The translations under genes were made by a program, and so were the position numbers. 32,000 nucleotides of DNA from Acidothermus cellulolyticus 11B. Lineage in GTDB: Bacteria; Actinomycetota; Actinomycetes; Acidothermales; Acidothermaceae. This document shows, piece after piece, positions 1 through 11,798 of the stretch; position 1 is the stretch's first letter; each line of letters starts with the position of its first letter. The notes below the pieces were generated by a model that saw only the letters and a program-made list of their open reading frames with translations, did no database searches and was not told the DNA's origin. The stretch spans positions 750,001 to 782,000 of the forward strand of contig NC_008578.1 in NCBI RefSeq assembly GCF_000015025.1, read 5' to 3'.

Positions 1-294
1 AGAACCGTGGTCGTGGGCACGGCGGACGAATTGTCGGTGACCGGGCTTACCGGCGTCCGTCCCATCTGGTGCGGGCCGCCACCGGACGCGCCGCTGGAGT
101 GCACCGTCCAGTACCGAGCGCACGGCGCGGCGGCGCCCGCGGTCGTTGAGCTCCGCGGTGACGAGGTCGACGTGGAGTTCCGCGCGCCCGTTCGCGGCGT
201 GGCGCCCGGTCAGGCGGCGGTTTTCTACGCGGACACCCGCGTTCTCGGCTCGGCGACCATCGCACGTACCCGCCGTGCGGCCGTGGGTTCGTGA
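1..294 (+). CDS. mnmA: tRNA-specific 2-thiouridylase MnmA/TrmU, C-terminal fragment (5' end lies outside the window)
   Basis: Frame 1 is open from the window edge to the stop at 292-294. The translation (...RPIWCGPPPDAPLECTVQYRAHG...VRGVAPGQAAVFYADTRVLG...) looks like the C-terminal barrel domain of MnmA with its GxAPGQAAVFY motif. Position upstream of ligA agrees with mycobacterial synteny. Confidence 0.8.
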   Translation, partial: RTVVVGTADELSVTGLTGVRPIWCGPPPDAPLECTVQYRAHGAAAPAVVELRGDEVDVEFRAPVRGVAPGQAAVFYADTRVLGSATIARTRRAAVGS

Positions 295-298
295 CAAG

Positions 299-423
299 TC
301 CGTGGCGCAAACTGAGGGACTAACGACTCCGTGGCGCAGCCCGTATGTATTTCTCTTTCGGTTTATCTCTCGGGTTGCGTTGCTCCCGGCGGTATTTCTT
401 TCCGGCTGCATTGCTCCGCACGG
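299..423. repeat. Repeat-bearing, unusually T-rich convergent intergenic region between mnmA and merA
   Basis: An 11-bp direct repeat TCCGTGGCGCA occurs at 299-309 and 328-338. An imperfect tandem unit follows: GTATTTCTCTTTCGG...TTGCGTTGCTCC (347-386) and GTATTTCTTTCCGG CTGCATTGCTCC (392-417). Local G+C is clearly lower than the surroundings. Confidence 0.55.
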
Positions 424-470
424 CACCGCAGCGGGCGCCGCGGCGGATGTCACGGCGATGTCGCGGCGGA

Positions 471-1877
471 TTACGCGGCGCAGCAGGACAGTTTGGCGAC
501 GTCCCGGGTGTAGGCCTGGGCGGCGAGCCGGAGCGATTCGGCCATCGTGAGGTACGGCGACCAGGTGTCGGCGAGCTGCTGGACCGTCATCTTCGCGGTG
601 AGCGCGTACACCGCCCCGGCGATGACGTCTCCGGCGTTGTCGGTCAGCACGTGGACGCCGACGAGCCGGCCGTTGTCCGCATCGGCGACCAGCTTGACCA
701 GGCCCCGGGTGTCGCGGTTGACCAAGGCCCGGGGAACCATCGCCAGCGGCAGGACCCGGCAGTCGCAGCGGATTCCGGCGGCGACAGCCTGGGCGTCGGT
801 CATGCCGGCCGAAGCGATCGACGGTTCGGTGAAGGTGACGCGCGGCAGCGCGGAGTAGTCCAGGCTTTCTGCGCTGCCGTCGAGGGCGTTGCGGGCGGCG
901 AGATTTCCTTGCGCGGCGGCGACGTAGACGAACTGCGGTCCGCCGGTAACGTCGCCGGCGGCCCAGATCCGCGGGTTGGTCGTCCGCTGCTGGGCGTCGA
1001 CGACGACTTCGCCGCGGCTGCCGGCAGCAACGCCGACGGCTGCAAGACCGAGATCGGCGGTGTTGGGCCGCCGGCCGGTCGCGATGAGAAGCTCGCGGCC
1101 GCTCAGGGTACGCGGACCCTCGGGAAGGTCGGTCTCGAGGAGGTAGCCCTCTGGCCCGCGGCGAACTCGGCGGATCCGCGCCGACGTGTGCACGGTGATG
1201 CCGTCGTCGGCAAAGACGTCGCGGAGCGCGGCACTGATCTCCGGTTCCTCGAAGGGGGCGATCCGGTCAAGGGCTTCGACGACGGTGACGGTGCTGCCCA
1301 GCCGGGAAAAGAGTTGGGCCATCTCCAAGCCGACGGCGTTGCCGCCGACCACGAGGAGGGAGTCGGGTATCTCGGTGAGCTCCATCGCCGTCGTCGAGGT
1401 GAGGAAGCCGGACTCCGCCAGGCCCTCGATCGGCGGGGCCCACGGGGAGGCGCCGGTGGCGATCAGGTAGTGGTCTGCCTCGAGTTGCGCGGGACCGTCC
1501 TCGGTCGCCACGGTAAGGACCGGTCCCGGTGCAAAACGTGCCGTGCCCCGGACGATCGTCCAGCCATACTCCGCCGCGAGGTCGACGTACTTCTCGGCGC
1601 GCAACTGCTGGACGAGGGCATCCGTGCCGGCCCTCAGGGCGCCGGCGTCCACCGGACCAGCGGTGGTCGCAATACCCGGGAAGCGCGAATCGCTGGCGGT
1701 ATGCCGAGCAGCGGCGGCGGCGAGGAGGGCTTTCGAGGGGACGCATCCGACGTTGACGCAGGTCCCGCCGATCTGTCCCCGTTCCACCATCACGACGGTC
1801 GCGCCGCGGCCGACCGCGGTGATGGCGGCGGCGAACGCTGCACTCCCCGAGCCGATGATTGCTAAGTCGTAATGCAC
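471..1877 (-). CDS. merA: Mercuric reductase, core form without the N-terminal HMA (NmerA) domain
   Basis: 468 aa from GTG 1877, with GAGGAG 6 nt upstream on the - strand. The track ORF extends to an alternative GTG at 1916. Motifs: YDLAIIGSGSAAF (FAD), GGTCVNVGCVPSK (redox-active CxxxxC in MerA context) and a C-terminal ...AKLSCCAA vicinal Cys pair, which is diagnostic for MerA among class I pyridine nucleotide-disulfide oxidoreductases. Confidence 0.8.
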   Translation of the reverse strand: MHYDLAIIGSGSAAFAAAITAVGRGATVVMVERGQIGGTCVNVGCVPSKALLAAAAARHTASDSRFPGIATTAGPVDAGALRAGTDALVQQLRAEKYVDLAAEYGWTIVRGTARFAPGPVLTVATEDGPAQLEADHYLIATGASPWAPPIEGLAESGFLTSTTAMELTEIPDSLLVVGGNAVGLEMAQLFSRLGSTVTVVEALDRIAPFEEPEISAALRDVFADDGITVHTSARIRRVRRGPEGYLLETDLPEGPRTLSGRELLIATGRRPNTADLGLAAVGVAAGSRGEVVVDAQQRTTNPRIWAAGDVTGGPQFVYVAAAQGNLAARNALDGSAESLDYSALPRVTFTEPSIASAGMTDAQAVAAGIRCDCRVLPLAMVPRALVNRDTRGLVKLVADADNGRLVGVHVLTDNAGDVIAGAVYALTAKMTVQQLADTWSPYLTMAESLRLAAQAYTRDVAKLSCCAA

Positions 1878-2095
1878 GGCACGCTCCTCGAGATATTCGG
1901 ATATGCGGACCAACACCCTCCACTCTGACTCCGACCCGACGGACGCAGGCCAGCCTGCCGGCGACGAGCCGCTGCCTCAGGTGCTGGCGCACGAGGGGCG
2001 TGAACGCTGAGCCGGTCGCGCCGGAAACAATTCCGTTGGGGGAGCGATCGGCGTACGCGACGCCGCCGATCGGGGCGGTGGGCAGGCTGACCGAC

Positions 2096-2752
2096 TCAGA
2101 TCGGGAGCAGGGCCTGACGCATTCGGCGTGCCAGCCAGTCGCGGAACGTGGATTCCGGCCAGCTCCGTTGCAGGACGAGCGCGGCATAGTGCGCGGGGTC
2201 GTTGAAGAACCACAGCGTGTCGGTCGCCTGCCGTGTGGTGAGCCCGGGGGCTAGATCCCCAAGCTTCTGTAGGTGGGTGACCACCATCGCTGCACCCGCC
2301 AGCCGGTTAGCCTGCAAGGTCTGCCACAGCTCGGCGGCTTCAGGTGCGTCGTCGGCGGCCCTGCGGACGACCTCGAAGAGCCGCGCCGCTCGACGGCCGA
2401 TGATGACACAGACCTCCGCATAGGCATCCAGCGCTGCTCCGGGCGTGGCCGCCTCCCACACCGGTCTGAACCACGGCCTATCGGCGACGGCGACCGGTTG
2501 ATCGTCACCGGCGAGTGCTTGGTCGAGAATCTGCCGGAGAAGTGCCGATTTTGCACCGAAGGCGGCAAAAACGGTGGGTCGCGCGACCCCGGCAGCGGCC
2601 GCGATGTCGGCGAGCGAGGTGGCGGTGTAACCGCGTTCGACGAAAAGCTCGCTCGCCGCCGCCACGATCGCCTGCCGGGTACGTCGTGCGTTCTCGTCCC
2701 GTGTCGGTGACCGGTATTGCCGGCGGGTTCGGTTGGCCTTGACATCACTCAC
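2096..2752 (-). CDS. TetR/AcrR-family transcriptional regulator
   Basis: 218 aa with a GTG start. The N-terminal HTH region (RRTRQAIVAAASELFVERGYTATSLADIAAAAGVARPTVFAAFG) is typical of TetR. It is divergent from the cupin gene and co-oriented with merA. Confidence 0.85.
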   Translation of the reverse strand: MSDVKANRTRRQYRSPTRDENARRTRQAIVAAASELFVERGYTATSLADIAAAAGVARPTVFAAFGAKSALLRQILDQALAGDDQPVAVADRPWFRPVWEAATPGAALDAYAEVCVIIGRRAARLFEVVRRAADDAPEAAELWQTLQANRLAGAAMVVTHLQKLGDLAPGLTTRQATDTLWFFNDPAHYAALVLQRSWPESTFRDWLARRMRQALLPI

Positions 2753-2765
2753 GGTTCTGCGATAC

Positions 2766-2790
2766 TAGCAGTCTATTCAGTAGACAGTGC
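2766..2790. promoter_or_regulatory. Candidate TetR operator, an inverted repeat in the divergent tetR/cupin promoter region
   Basis: GTCTA (2771-2775) TTCAG TAGAC (2781-2785) is a perfect 5-bp dyad, with partial outer arms AGCA/TGCT. It sits in an AT-rich 59-bp gap between the two start codons. Confidence 0.4.
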
Positions 2791-2811
2791 TATATCGAAA
2801 GTGAGGCTGTC

Positions 2812-3303
2812 ATGGCTGAGACGCCGTCGACCGGTCCCATCCTGCGCCGCAGCGGTGAAGGCGAAGCGTTCTGGTTTCTCGGGAATCTCGCGACGATCAA
2901 GGCCGCCGGGACCGAGACCCGCGGCGCGCTCACGCTCGTCGAATTCCTTAATCCGCCGGGCTTTGCCCCACCCCTGCATCGGCACCTGGACGAGGACGAG
3001 ATGTTCTACATCCTGGCCGGCAGCGCCGAGTTCCACTGCGACGACGAGGTGTTCACGGCGGGTCCCGGGGATTTCGTCCTGCTGCCCGCCCAAATGCCGC
3101 ACACGTTCCTGGTCGGCGCCGGTGAGCCGTTGCGGGCGCTGCAACTCACCACGCCGTCGGGTTTCGAAGGGTTTGCCGCAGCCGTCGGCGAGCCGGCTCC
3201 TGAACGCCGGTTACCGGACCCCGGGCCGGTCGATGTCGGACTGCTCCAAGCCGCCGCGGCGCGGCACCGTATCGAGCTGCTCGGCCCGCCGCCGCGTCCG
3301 TGA
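2812..3303 (+). CDS. Cupin-domain protein
   Basis: 163 aa, ATG preceded by GTGAGG. Cupin motifs PPLHRHLDEDEMFYILAG and GDFVLLPAQMPHTF. High GC3. Confidence 0.8.
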   Translation: MAETPSTGPILRRSGEGEAFWFLGNLATIKAAGTETRGALTLVEFLNPPGFAPPLHRHLDEDEMFYILAGSAEFHCDDEVFTAGPGDFVLLPAQMPHTFLVGAGEPLRALQLTTPSGFEGFAAAVGEPAPERRLPDPGPVDVGLLQAAAARHRIELLGPPPRP

Positions 3304-3342
3304 CCTGGCGGCGGCCGATCCGGTTGACCGTCCGGCGCAGGT

Positions 3343-3372
3343 CCAGCCTGCGCAAGGCCAACCTGCGGAAGG
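3343..3372. repeat. 15-bp tandem repeat x2 (CCAGCCTGCGCAAGG / CCAACCTGCGGAAGG)
   Basis: Direct reading gives 13 of 15 identical positions. The CCAGCCTGCG core also occurs in the gatC-gatA spacer. Confidence 0.6.
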
Positions 3373-3437
3373 CGAACCCGGCCCGCGATCATGGTCAGCG
3401 CTGAGCAGTCGGCGCAGGCTCGGTTAGCCTCGGTCCC

Positions 3438-6678
<3,241 letters not shown>

Positions 6679-6797
6679 CCGACTGGACAATCGCCTTATT
6701 CGCCCGGGCGTCGCGGGTTTCCCGGTCCGATGTCGCGCTGGTCGGCTATACTCCCGTACCGCCGTCCACGTCCGCCCGCGAGAGTGCTGGAGTGTCC

Positions 6798-8225
6798 ATG
6801 CCCGGCGAGCCAATGCCTGTGGTCACGGCCGGCGTACGTCCACGCGACAGACGGCGATTTTTCGGCGACACGGAACCACGTACGTTCCTGGCCGTCTGTC
6901 TTGCGCTCTTCGCGGTCGCAGCGGTTCTCGTGCTCAGCGCCATTGCGCGGGGGAAGACCCTATCGTTATTCGACGAGGCGACGCACGCGGATTACGCGTA
7001 CCGAATCGCCCACGGACAGATTCCCGCCCGCGGAACTCCGTTGGCGCCGGAAATTCTGCGTGAATGGTCGTGTCGCGGCGGCGTTACCGGCCTCCATCTT
7101 CCGCCGTGCGACAGCTCGACACCGCCGGTTCCGTCGCAGTATCCCGGCCGGGGCGAGGATTACAACTTCGGTCATCCCCCGCTCTATTACGCCATTACCG
7201 GCGTCATCGCCCGCGGGTTGGGCGTTTTTCTGCCCGGTCCGCACTTCATCACGCTGGCGCGTCTCGTCGGTCTGCTCTGGCTCTTTGCCGCCATGGTGAC
7301 GTTGTATGCGGCGATTCGCCGGTTCGGCGGCGGCGTGCTGTTCGCCGCAGCGGGTGCGGCTCTTCTTCCGCTCGTCCCTGGTGTGCTGCACGCCTCGAGC
7401 ACGGTGAACAACGATGCCGCTGCTCCGCTCGCCGGAAGTATTGCGGCACTGCTGCTGGCCCGTTTGCTCATTGACGGTGCCACCGGCTGGCTTGTGCCGG
7501 TGCTTGCGACGTTTCTCGTGACGGCGACGAAGGTCCTCAACGCCCTACCGATGCTGCTTGTCGCCGCGGTCTGCGTCGTCCTGGCCGTCGCGGGAGACCG
7601 GGCGGCACGCTGGCCGATTCACGTCTCGCTCGCGCACCGGCGTCGCCAACTCCTCGTTCTCGCCGGCGGGATCGTCCTGGCCTTTCTCGTCGTCTACCAA
7701 GGGTGGAACCTGTTTCAGGCGCATCGCGGCGCGCAGCATTGGGTCAGTCCGGTCGCCGGAATAAGCGGCAGGCCGATCAAGGGGCTGCCCTTCGCCGAAT
7801 TGTTCAGCACGTTGTTCACCGGTTTCTCCATGGTGATAACGAACTATTACCTGCAGCCGTCCGTCGACGGCGAGACGATCACGCTCTGGGCGCGGTTGCT
7901 CGCATTCGTGGTCATCGCCGGGCCGCTGTTGGTGATGGTGACCTCTGCGCGCCGGAGCGCGCGATGGATATTTGGTCTCGGCGCGCTCGCCGGCCTGGTC
8001 GCGTATCCGCTTGCGGTGGAGCTTCAGGCTTTCGTGCAGTCCGGCGAGTACTTCCCAAGCGTTGCCGGCCGCTACGGCATGAGCGTCGTGCCCTGGCTCG
8101 CCGCGTGCCTCGCGTTGGCCTGCTGCGCGCGGGGCGCGGGAAGGGTGCTGGTGGCGTTCAGCGGCATCGGGTTCGTCGTCATGACCCTCGCCGTGACGGG
8201 TGTGTTCTCACTCGGGCCGGCCTGA
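6798..8225 (+). CDS. Polytopic integral membrane protein, possibly GT-C-fold (ArnT/PMT/DUF2142-like) glycosyltransferase
   Basis: About 475 aa from ATG 6798 (GTG 6792 and ATG 6813 are alternatives). About 12 hydrophobic segments. The first loop carries FDEATHADYAYR and GHPPLYYAITG, which is reminiscent of GT-C enzymes. High GC3. Confidence 0.65.
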   Translation: MPGEPMPVVTAGVRPRDRRRFFGDTEPRTFLAVCLALFAVAAVLVLSAIARGKTLSLFDEATHADYAYRIAHGQIPARGTPLAPEILREWSCRGGVTGLHLPPCDSSTPPVPSQYPGRGEDYNFGHPPLYYAITGVIARGLGVFLPGPHFITLARLVGLLWLFAAMVTLYAAIRRFGGGVLFAAAGAALLPLVPGVLHASSTVNNDAAAPLAGSIAALLLARLLIDGATGWLVPVLATFLVTATKVLNALPMLLVAAVCVVLAVAGDRAARWPIHVSLAHRRRQLLVLAGGIVLAFLVVYQGWNLFQAHRGAQHWVSPVAGISGRPIKGLPFAELFSTLFTGFSMVITNYYLQPSVDGETITLWARLLAFVVIAGPLLVMVTSARRSARWIFGLGALAGLVAYPLAVELQAFVQSGEYFPSVAGRYGMSVVPWLAACLALACCARGAGRVLVAFSGIGFVVMTLAVTGVFSLGPA

Positions 8226-8294
8226 ATGGTGCAGGCGCGGCGGCCGCCTGCCCGCTCGGGGTCGAGGCGCTGGTCGCGTCGCTAGGATGACCGC

Positions 8295-8591
8295 GTGCCC
8301 CGAGTTACCCGTGCCGACGTTGCTCACCTTGCCCGGCTCTCCCGACTCGCTCTCACCGAGGCCGAGCTTGACCGTTTCGCCGGCCAGCTCGACGTCATCC
8401 TTGACGCGGTGGCGAAAGTCTCTTCGGTCGCCGGCTCCGACGTACGCCCGACCTCGCACCCGCTTCCGTTGACCAACGTCTACCGGGACGACGAGGTCCG
8501 GCCCTCCCTACCGGTGGGAGAGGTGCTGGCGGCCGCGCCGGCGGTGGAGGACCAGCGGTTCAAGGTCCCGCGGATTCTGGAGGAAGAGTGA
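8295..8591 (+). CDS. gatC: Asp/Glu-tRNA amidotransferase subunit C
   Basis: 98 aa, GTG start with AGGA upstream. The sequence [29 protein letters not shown]...FKVPRILE is typical of GatC. Confidence 0.95.
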   Translation: MPRVTRADVAHLARLSRLALTEAELDRFAGQLDVILDAVAKVSSVAGSDVRPTSHPLPLTNVYRDDEVRPSLPVGEVLAAAPAVEDQRFKVPRILEEE

Positions 8592-8596
8592 TCACA

Positions 8597-8700
8597 CCGG
8601 CCCAGCCTGCGGCGACCGTTGGGGGAGTGCCGGGCCAGCTTGCGGTGGCCGTCGGGAAGTGCCGTGGACGTCGGGGAGTGCCGTTCCTGCCTGCGGCGGC
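8597..8700. repeat. Imperfect tandem repeat of about 32 bp (two full units plus partial units) filling the gatC-gatA spacer
   Basis: Unit 1 (8597-8629) is CCGGCCCAGCCTGCGGCGACCGTTGGGGGAGTG. Unit 2 (8630-8661) is CCGGGCCAGCTTGCGGTGGCCGTCGGGAAGTG. Truncated units follow: CCGTGGACGTCGGGGAGTG, then CCGTTCCTGCCTGCGGCGGCG. Confidence 0.65.
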
Positions 8701-8718
8701 GTTCCAGCGAGGACGGCG

Positions 8719-10236
8719 ATGAGTGACCTGATTCGGCGGACCGCGGTCGAGCTCGCAGCGATGATCGCCGCCCGCGAGGTGTCAGCGGAGGAGGTCACCC
8801 GGGCGCACCTGGACCGTATCGCCGCGGTTGATCCCGCCGTGCACGCGTTTCTCTACGTCGATGCCGATGGCGCGCTGACCGCCGCCCGGGCGGTTGACGC
8901 CAGACTGGCGGCGGGGGAGAGACTCGGACCACTCGCCGGCGTCCCCCTTGCGCTCAAGGATGTGTTCACGACGCGCGGCATGCCGACCACCTGCGGCTCG
9001 AAGATTCTCGAAGGGTGGATCCCGCCATACGACGCGACGGTGGTGCAAAAAATCCGGGACGCCGGAATCGTCATTCTCGGCAAGACGAACATGGACGAAT
9101 TCGCGATGGGGTCGTCGACGGAGAATTCCGCATTCGGCCCCACCCGCAATCCTTGGGATTTGTCGCGTATTCCCGGCGGCTCATCCGGCGGCAGCGCGGC
9201 CGCGGTCGCGGCGTTCGAGGCGCCGCTGGCCATCGGTACTGACACGGGAGGGTCGATTCGGCAGCCGGCGGCCGTGACGGGCATTGTCGGCACCAAACCC
9301 ACGTACGGCGGCGTGTCGCGGTACGGCCTGGTCGCTTTCTCGTCGTCCCTCGACCAAGCGGGTCCGTTCGCCCGCACCGTGTTGGATGCCGCGTATCTGC
9401 ATGCCGCCATTGCGGGCCACGATCCGCGTGACGCCACGTCGATCGACGCTCCGGTGCCGGACGTCGTCGCCGCTGCCCGCAACGGGGACGTTCGCGGGTT
9501 GCGGATCGGGGTGGTGCGCGAATTGGACGGTGACGGATATGACCCCGGCGTCCGGCACCAATTCCATCAGGCGGTGAAGCTCCTCGCCGATCTCGGCGCC
9601 GACGTCGGTGAAGTGAGTTGCCCGCATTTCGAGTACGCCCTCGCCGCCTATTACCTCATCGCGCCCAGCGAGTGTTCGTCCAACCTCGCGCGATTCGACG
9701 CGATGCGGTACGGTTTGCGGCTCGGTGACGACGGCACCCGCACCGCGGAAGACGTCATGGCGCTCACCCGCGCGGCCGGCTTCGGCGCCGAGGTGAAACG
9801 CCGCATCATGCTGGGCACGTACGCGCTTTCCAGCGGTTACTACGAGGCCTATTACGGGTCGGCCCAGAAGGTCCGCACCCTCATCATCCAGGACTTCGCC
9901 GCCGCGTTCGAGAAATTCGACGTCCTCATCTCTCCGACCACCCCGACCACGGCTTTCCCGCTTGGCGAACGGGTGGACGACCCGCTGAAGATGTACCTGG
10001 CCGACCTCGACACGATTCCCGTGAATCTCGCCGGCAACGCCGCCATGTCCGTACCGATCGGCTGCTCGCCGGACGACGGCCTCCCGGTCGGCCTTCAGAT
10101 CATGGCACCGGTGTTGGCGGATGACCGGCTGTACCGGGTCGGTGCGGCGCTGGAAGCGGCGTACCGGGAACGCACCGGCCGGCTGCTCATTGAGGACGTA
10201 CCGGATCCTGCCGCGAATCAGGAGGGAGCCGCGTGA
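8719..10236 (+). CDS. gatA: Asp/Glu-tRNA amidotransferase subunit A
   Basis: 505 aa from ATG 8719 (GAGGA 5 nt upstream). Amidase signature [13 protein letters not shown]...[13 protein letters not shown]. The track start at 8659 would translate the repeat array. Confidence 0.95.
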   Translation: MSDLIRRTAVELAAMIAAREVSAEEVTRAHLDRIAAVDPAVHAFLYVDADGALTAARAVDARLAAGERLGPLAGVPLALKDVFTTRGMPTTCGSKILEGWIPPYDATVVQKIRDAGIVILGKTNMDEFAMGSSTENSAFGPTRNPWDLSRIPGGSSGGSAAAVAAFEAPLAIGTDTGGSIRQPAAVTGIVGTKPTYGGVSRYGLVAFSSSLDQAGPFARTVLDAAYLHAAIAGHDPRDATSIDAPVPDVVAAARNGDVRGLRIGVVRELDGDGYDPGVRHQFHQAVKLLADLGADVGEVSCPHFEYALAAYYLIAPSECSSNLARFDAMRYGLRLGDDGTRTAEDVMALTRAAGFGAEVKRRIMLGTYALSSGYYEAYYGSAQKVRTLIIQDFAAAFEKFDVLISPTTPTTAFPLGERVDDPLKMYLADLDTIPVNLAGNAAMSVPIGCSPDDGLPVGLQIMAPVLADDRLYRVGAALEAAYRERTGRLLIEDVPDPAANQEGAA

Positions 10237-11750
10237 CGACGATCGCTCCGGATGAGGTGCTGGATTTTGCCGAGGCGGTCGAGGAATTCGAACCGGTCTT
10301 CGGGCTGGAGACGCACGTCGAGCTGGCCACCCGGTCGAAGATGTTCTGCGGATGCCCGACCACGTTCGGCGCCGAGCCGAACACGCAGGTCTGCCCGGTC
10401 TGCCTCGGCCTGCCCGGCTCGCTTCCGGTCGCCAATCGGGCCGCCGTCGAGGCGACGATCCGTATCGGCCTTGCCCTGAACTGCACGATCGCCTCCTGGT
10501 GCCGGTTCGCCCGGAAGAACTACTTCTATCCCGACATGCCGAAGAACTTTCAGATTTCCCAGTACGACGAGCCGCTCTGCACCGACGGGTACCTGGACGT
10601 TGAGGTCGACGACCAGGTGTTCCGGATCGGGATCGAACGCGTCCACCTGGAGGAAGACACCGGAAAATCCGTGCACATCGGCGGCGCGACCGGTCGTATT
10701 CACGGCGCCGACTATTCGCTCGTCGATTACAACCGCGCGGGCATCCCCCTCGTCGAGATTGTCACGAAGCCCGTGGTCGGCACCGGGCAACTCGCTCCGG
10801 CGGTGGCCCGGGCGTACGTGACCGAACTGCGGGAAGTGATGCGGACACTGGGTGTCTCCGACGTGCGGATGGAGCAAGGCTCGTTGCGCTGCGACGTCAA
10901 TCTTTCCGTGCACCGCAAGGGTACGACGGCGTGGGGGACTCGCAGCGAAACGAAGAACGTCAACTCGCTCCGCTCGGTGGAGCGGGCGGTGCGCTACGAA
11001 ATTCAACGGCAGGCCGCTGTGCTGCGCGCCGGCGGCCGGGTGGTGCAGGAGACGCGCCATTTTCACGAGGATTCGGGTGTCACGACACCCGGGCGCAGCA
11101 AGGAACAGGCCGAGGATTATCGCTATTTTCCGGAGCCGGATTTGGTTCCGCTCGCCCCGGATCCGCAGTGGGTGGCAAGCCTGCGGGCCGCCCTTCCGGA
11201 ATTGCCGCTGCAGCGCCGCCGGCGGTTGCGCGAGGCGTGGGGTCTCACCGCGGCGGAGATGCAGGCGGCGCTGAATGCGGGCGCCGTCGAGTTGGTTGCG
11301 GCGACGGTTGCGGCGGGCGCGAGTCCCCGCGACGCGTACAAGTGGTGGCTGGGTGAACTCGCCCGGCGCGCCAATGAAGCCGGCGTCGAGCTGGCCGCAC
11401 TGCCCATAACCCCCGAGGACGTAGCCGAGCTCGCCCGGCTGGTGAGCACCGGACGGCTCACCGACAAGCTGGCCCGGGCGGTGCTCGACGGCGTTCTTGC
11501 CGGCGAGGGACGCCCGGAAGAGATCGTCGCCTCCCGCGGCCTTGAAGTCGTCTCGGATGACAGCGCTCTTCGCACCGCCGTGGACGCTGCGATCGCCGCA
11601 CAACCGGATGTCGCGGAGAAAATCCGTAACGGCAAGGTAGCCGCGGTCGGTGTCCTTGTCGGCGCGGTGATGAAGGCGACACACGGACGGGCCGACGCGG
11701 CGAAGGTGCGGGCTCTCATTCTGGAAACTCTTGGTGTCAGCGACGCATGA
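10233..11750 (+). CDS. gatB: Asp/Glu-tRNA amidotransferase subunit B
   Basis: 505 aa. The GTG start overlaps the gatA stop (GTGA). Motif [20 protein letters not shown]...[13 protein letters not shown]. Confidence 0.95.
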   Translation: MTTIAPDEVLDFAEAVEEFEPVFGLETHVELATRSKMFCGCPTTFGAEPNTQVCPVCLGLPGSLPVANRAAVEATIRIGLALNCTIASWCRFARKNYFYPDMPKNFQISQYDEPLCTDGYLDVEVDDQVFRIGIERVHLEEDTGKSVHIGGATGRIHGADYSLVDYNRAGIPLVEIVTKPVVGTGQLAPAVARAYVTELREVMRTLGVSDVRMEQGSLRCDVNLSVHRKGTTAWGTRSETKNVNSLRSVERAVRYEIQRQAAVLRAGGRVVQETRHFHEDSGVTTPGRSKEQAEDYRYFPEPDLVPLAPDPQWVASLRAALPELPLQRRRRLREAWGLTAAEMQAALNAGAVELVAATVAAGASPRDAYKWWLGELARRANEAGVELAALPITPEDVAELARLVSTGRLTDKLARAVLDGVLAGEGRPEEIVASRGLEVVSDDSALRTAVDAAIAAQPDVAEKIRNGKVAAVGVLVGAVMKATHGRADAAKVRALILETLGVSDA

Positions 11751-11798
11751 GGCAATGGGTGCCTTGACGTTGACGGCTGTCGGGCAGCGCCACCGGCA

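Noticed and set aside
345-1865. 506-aa + strand ORF antisense to merA
   Set aside because: It is Arg/Gly/Asp-rich low-complexity translation typical of shadow frames in high-GC DNA. The opposite strand carries a recognisable MerA with proper motifs.
8659-8718. gatA start at GTG 8659
   Set aside because: It would translate the tandem-repeat array. ATG 8719 has a GAGGA RBS and matches the usual GatA N-terminus ([13 protein letters not shown]...).
11764-11775. Two overlapping TTGAC -35-like motifs upstream of the 2-hydroxyacid dehydrogenase gene
   Set aside because: No acceptable -10 hexamer lies at 16-19 bp spacing.
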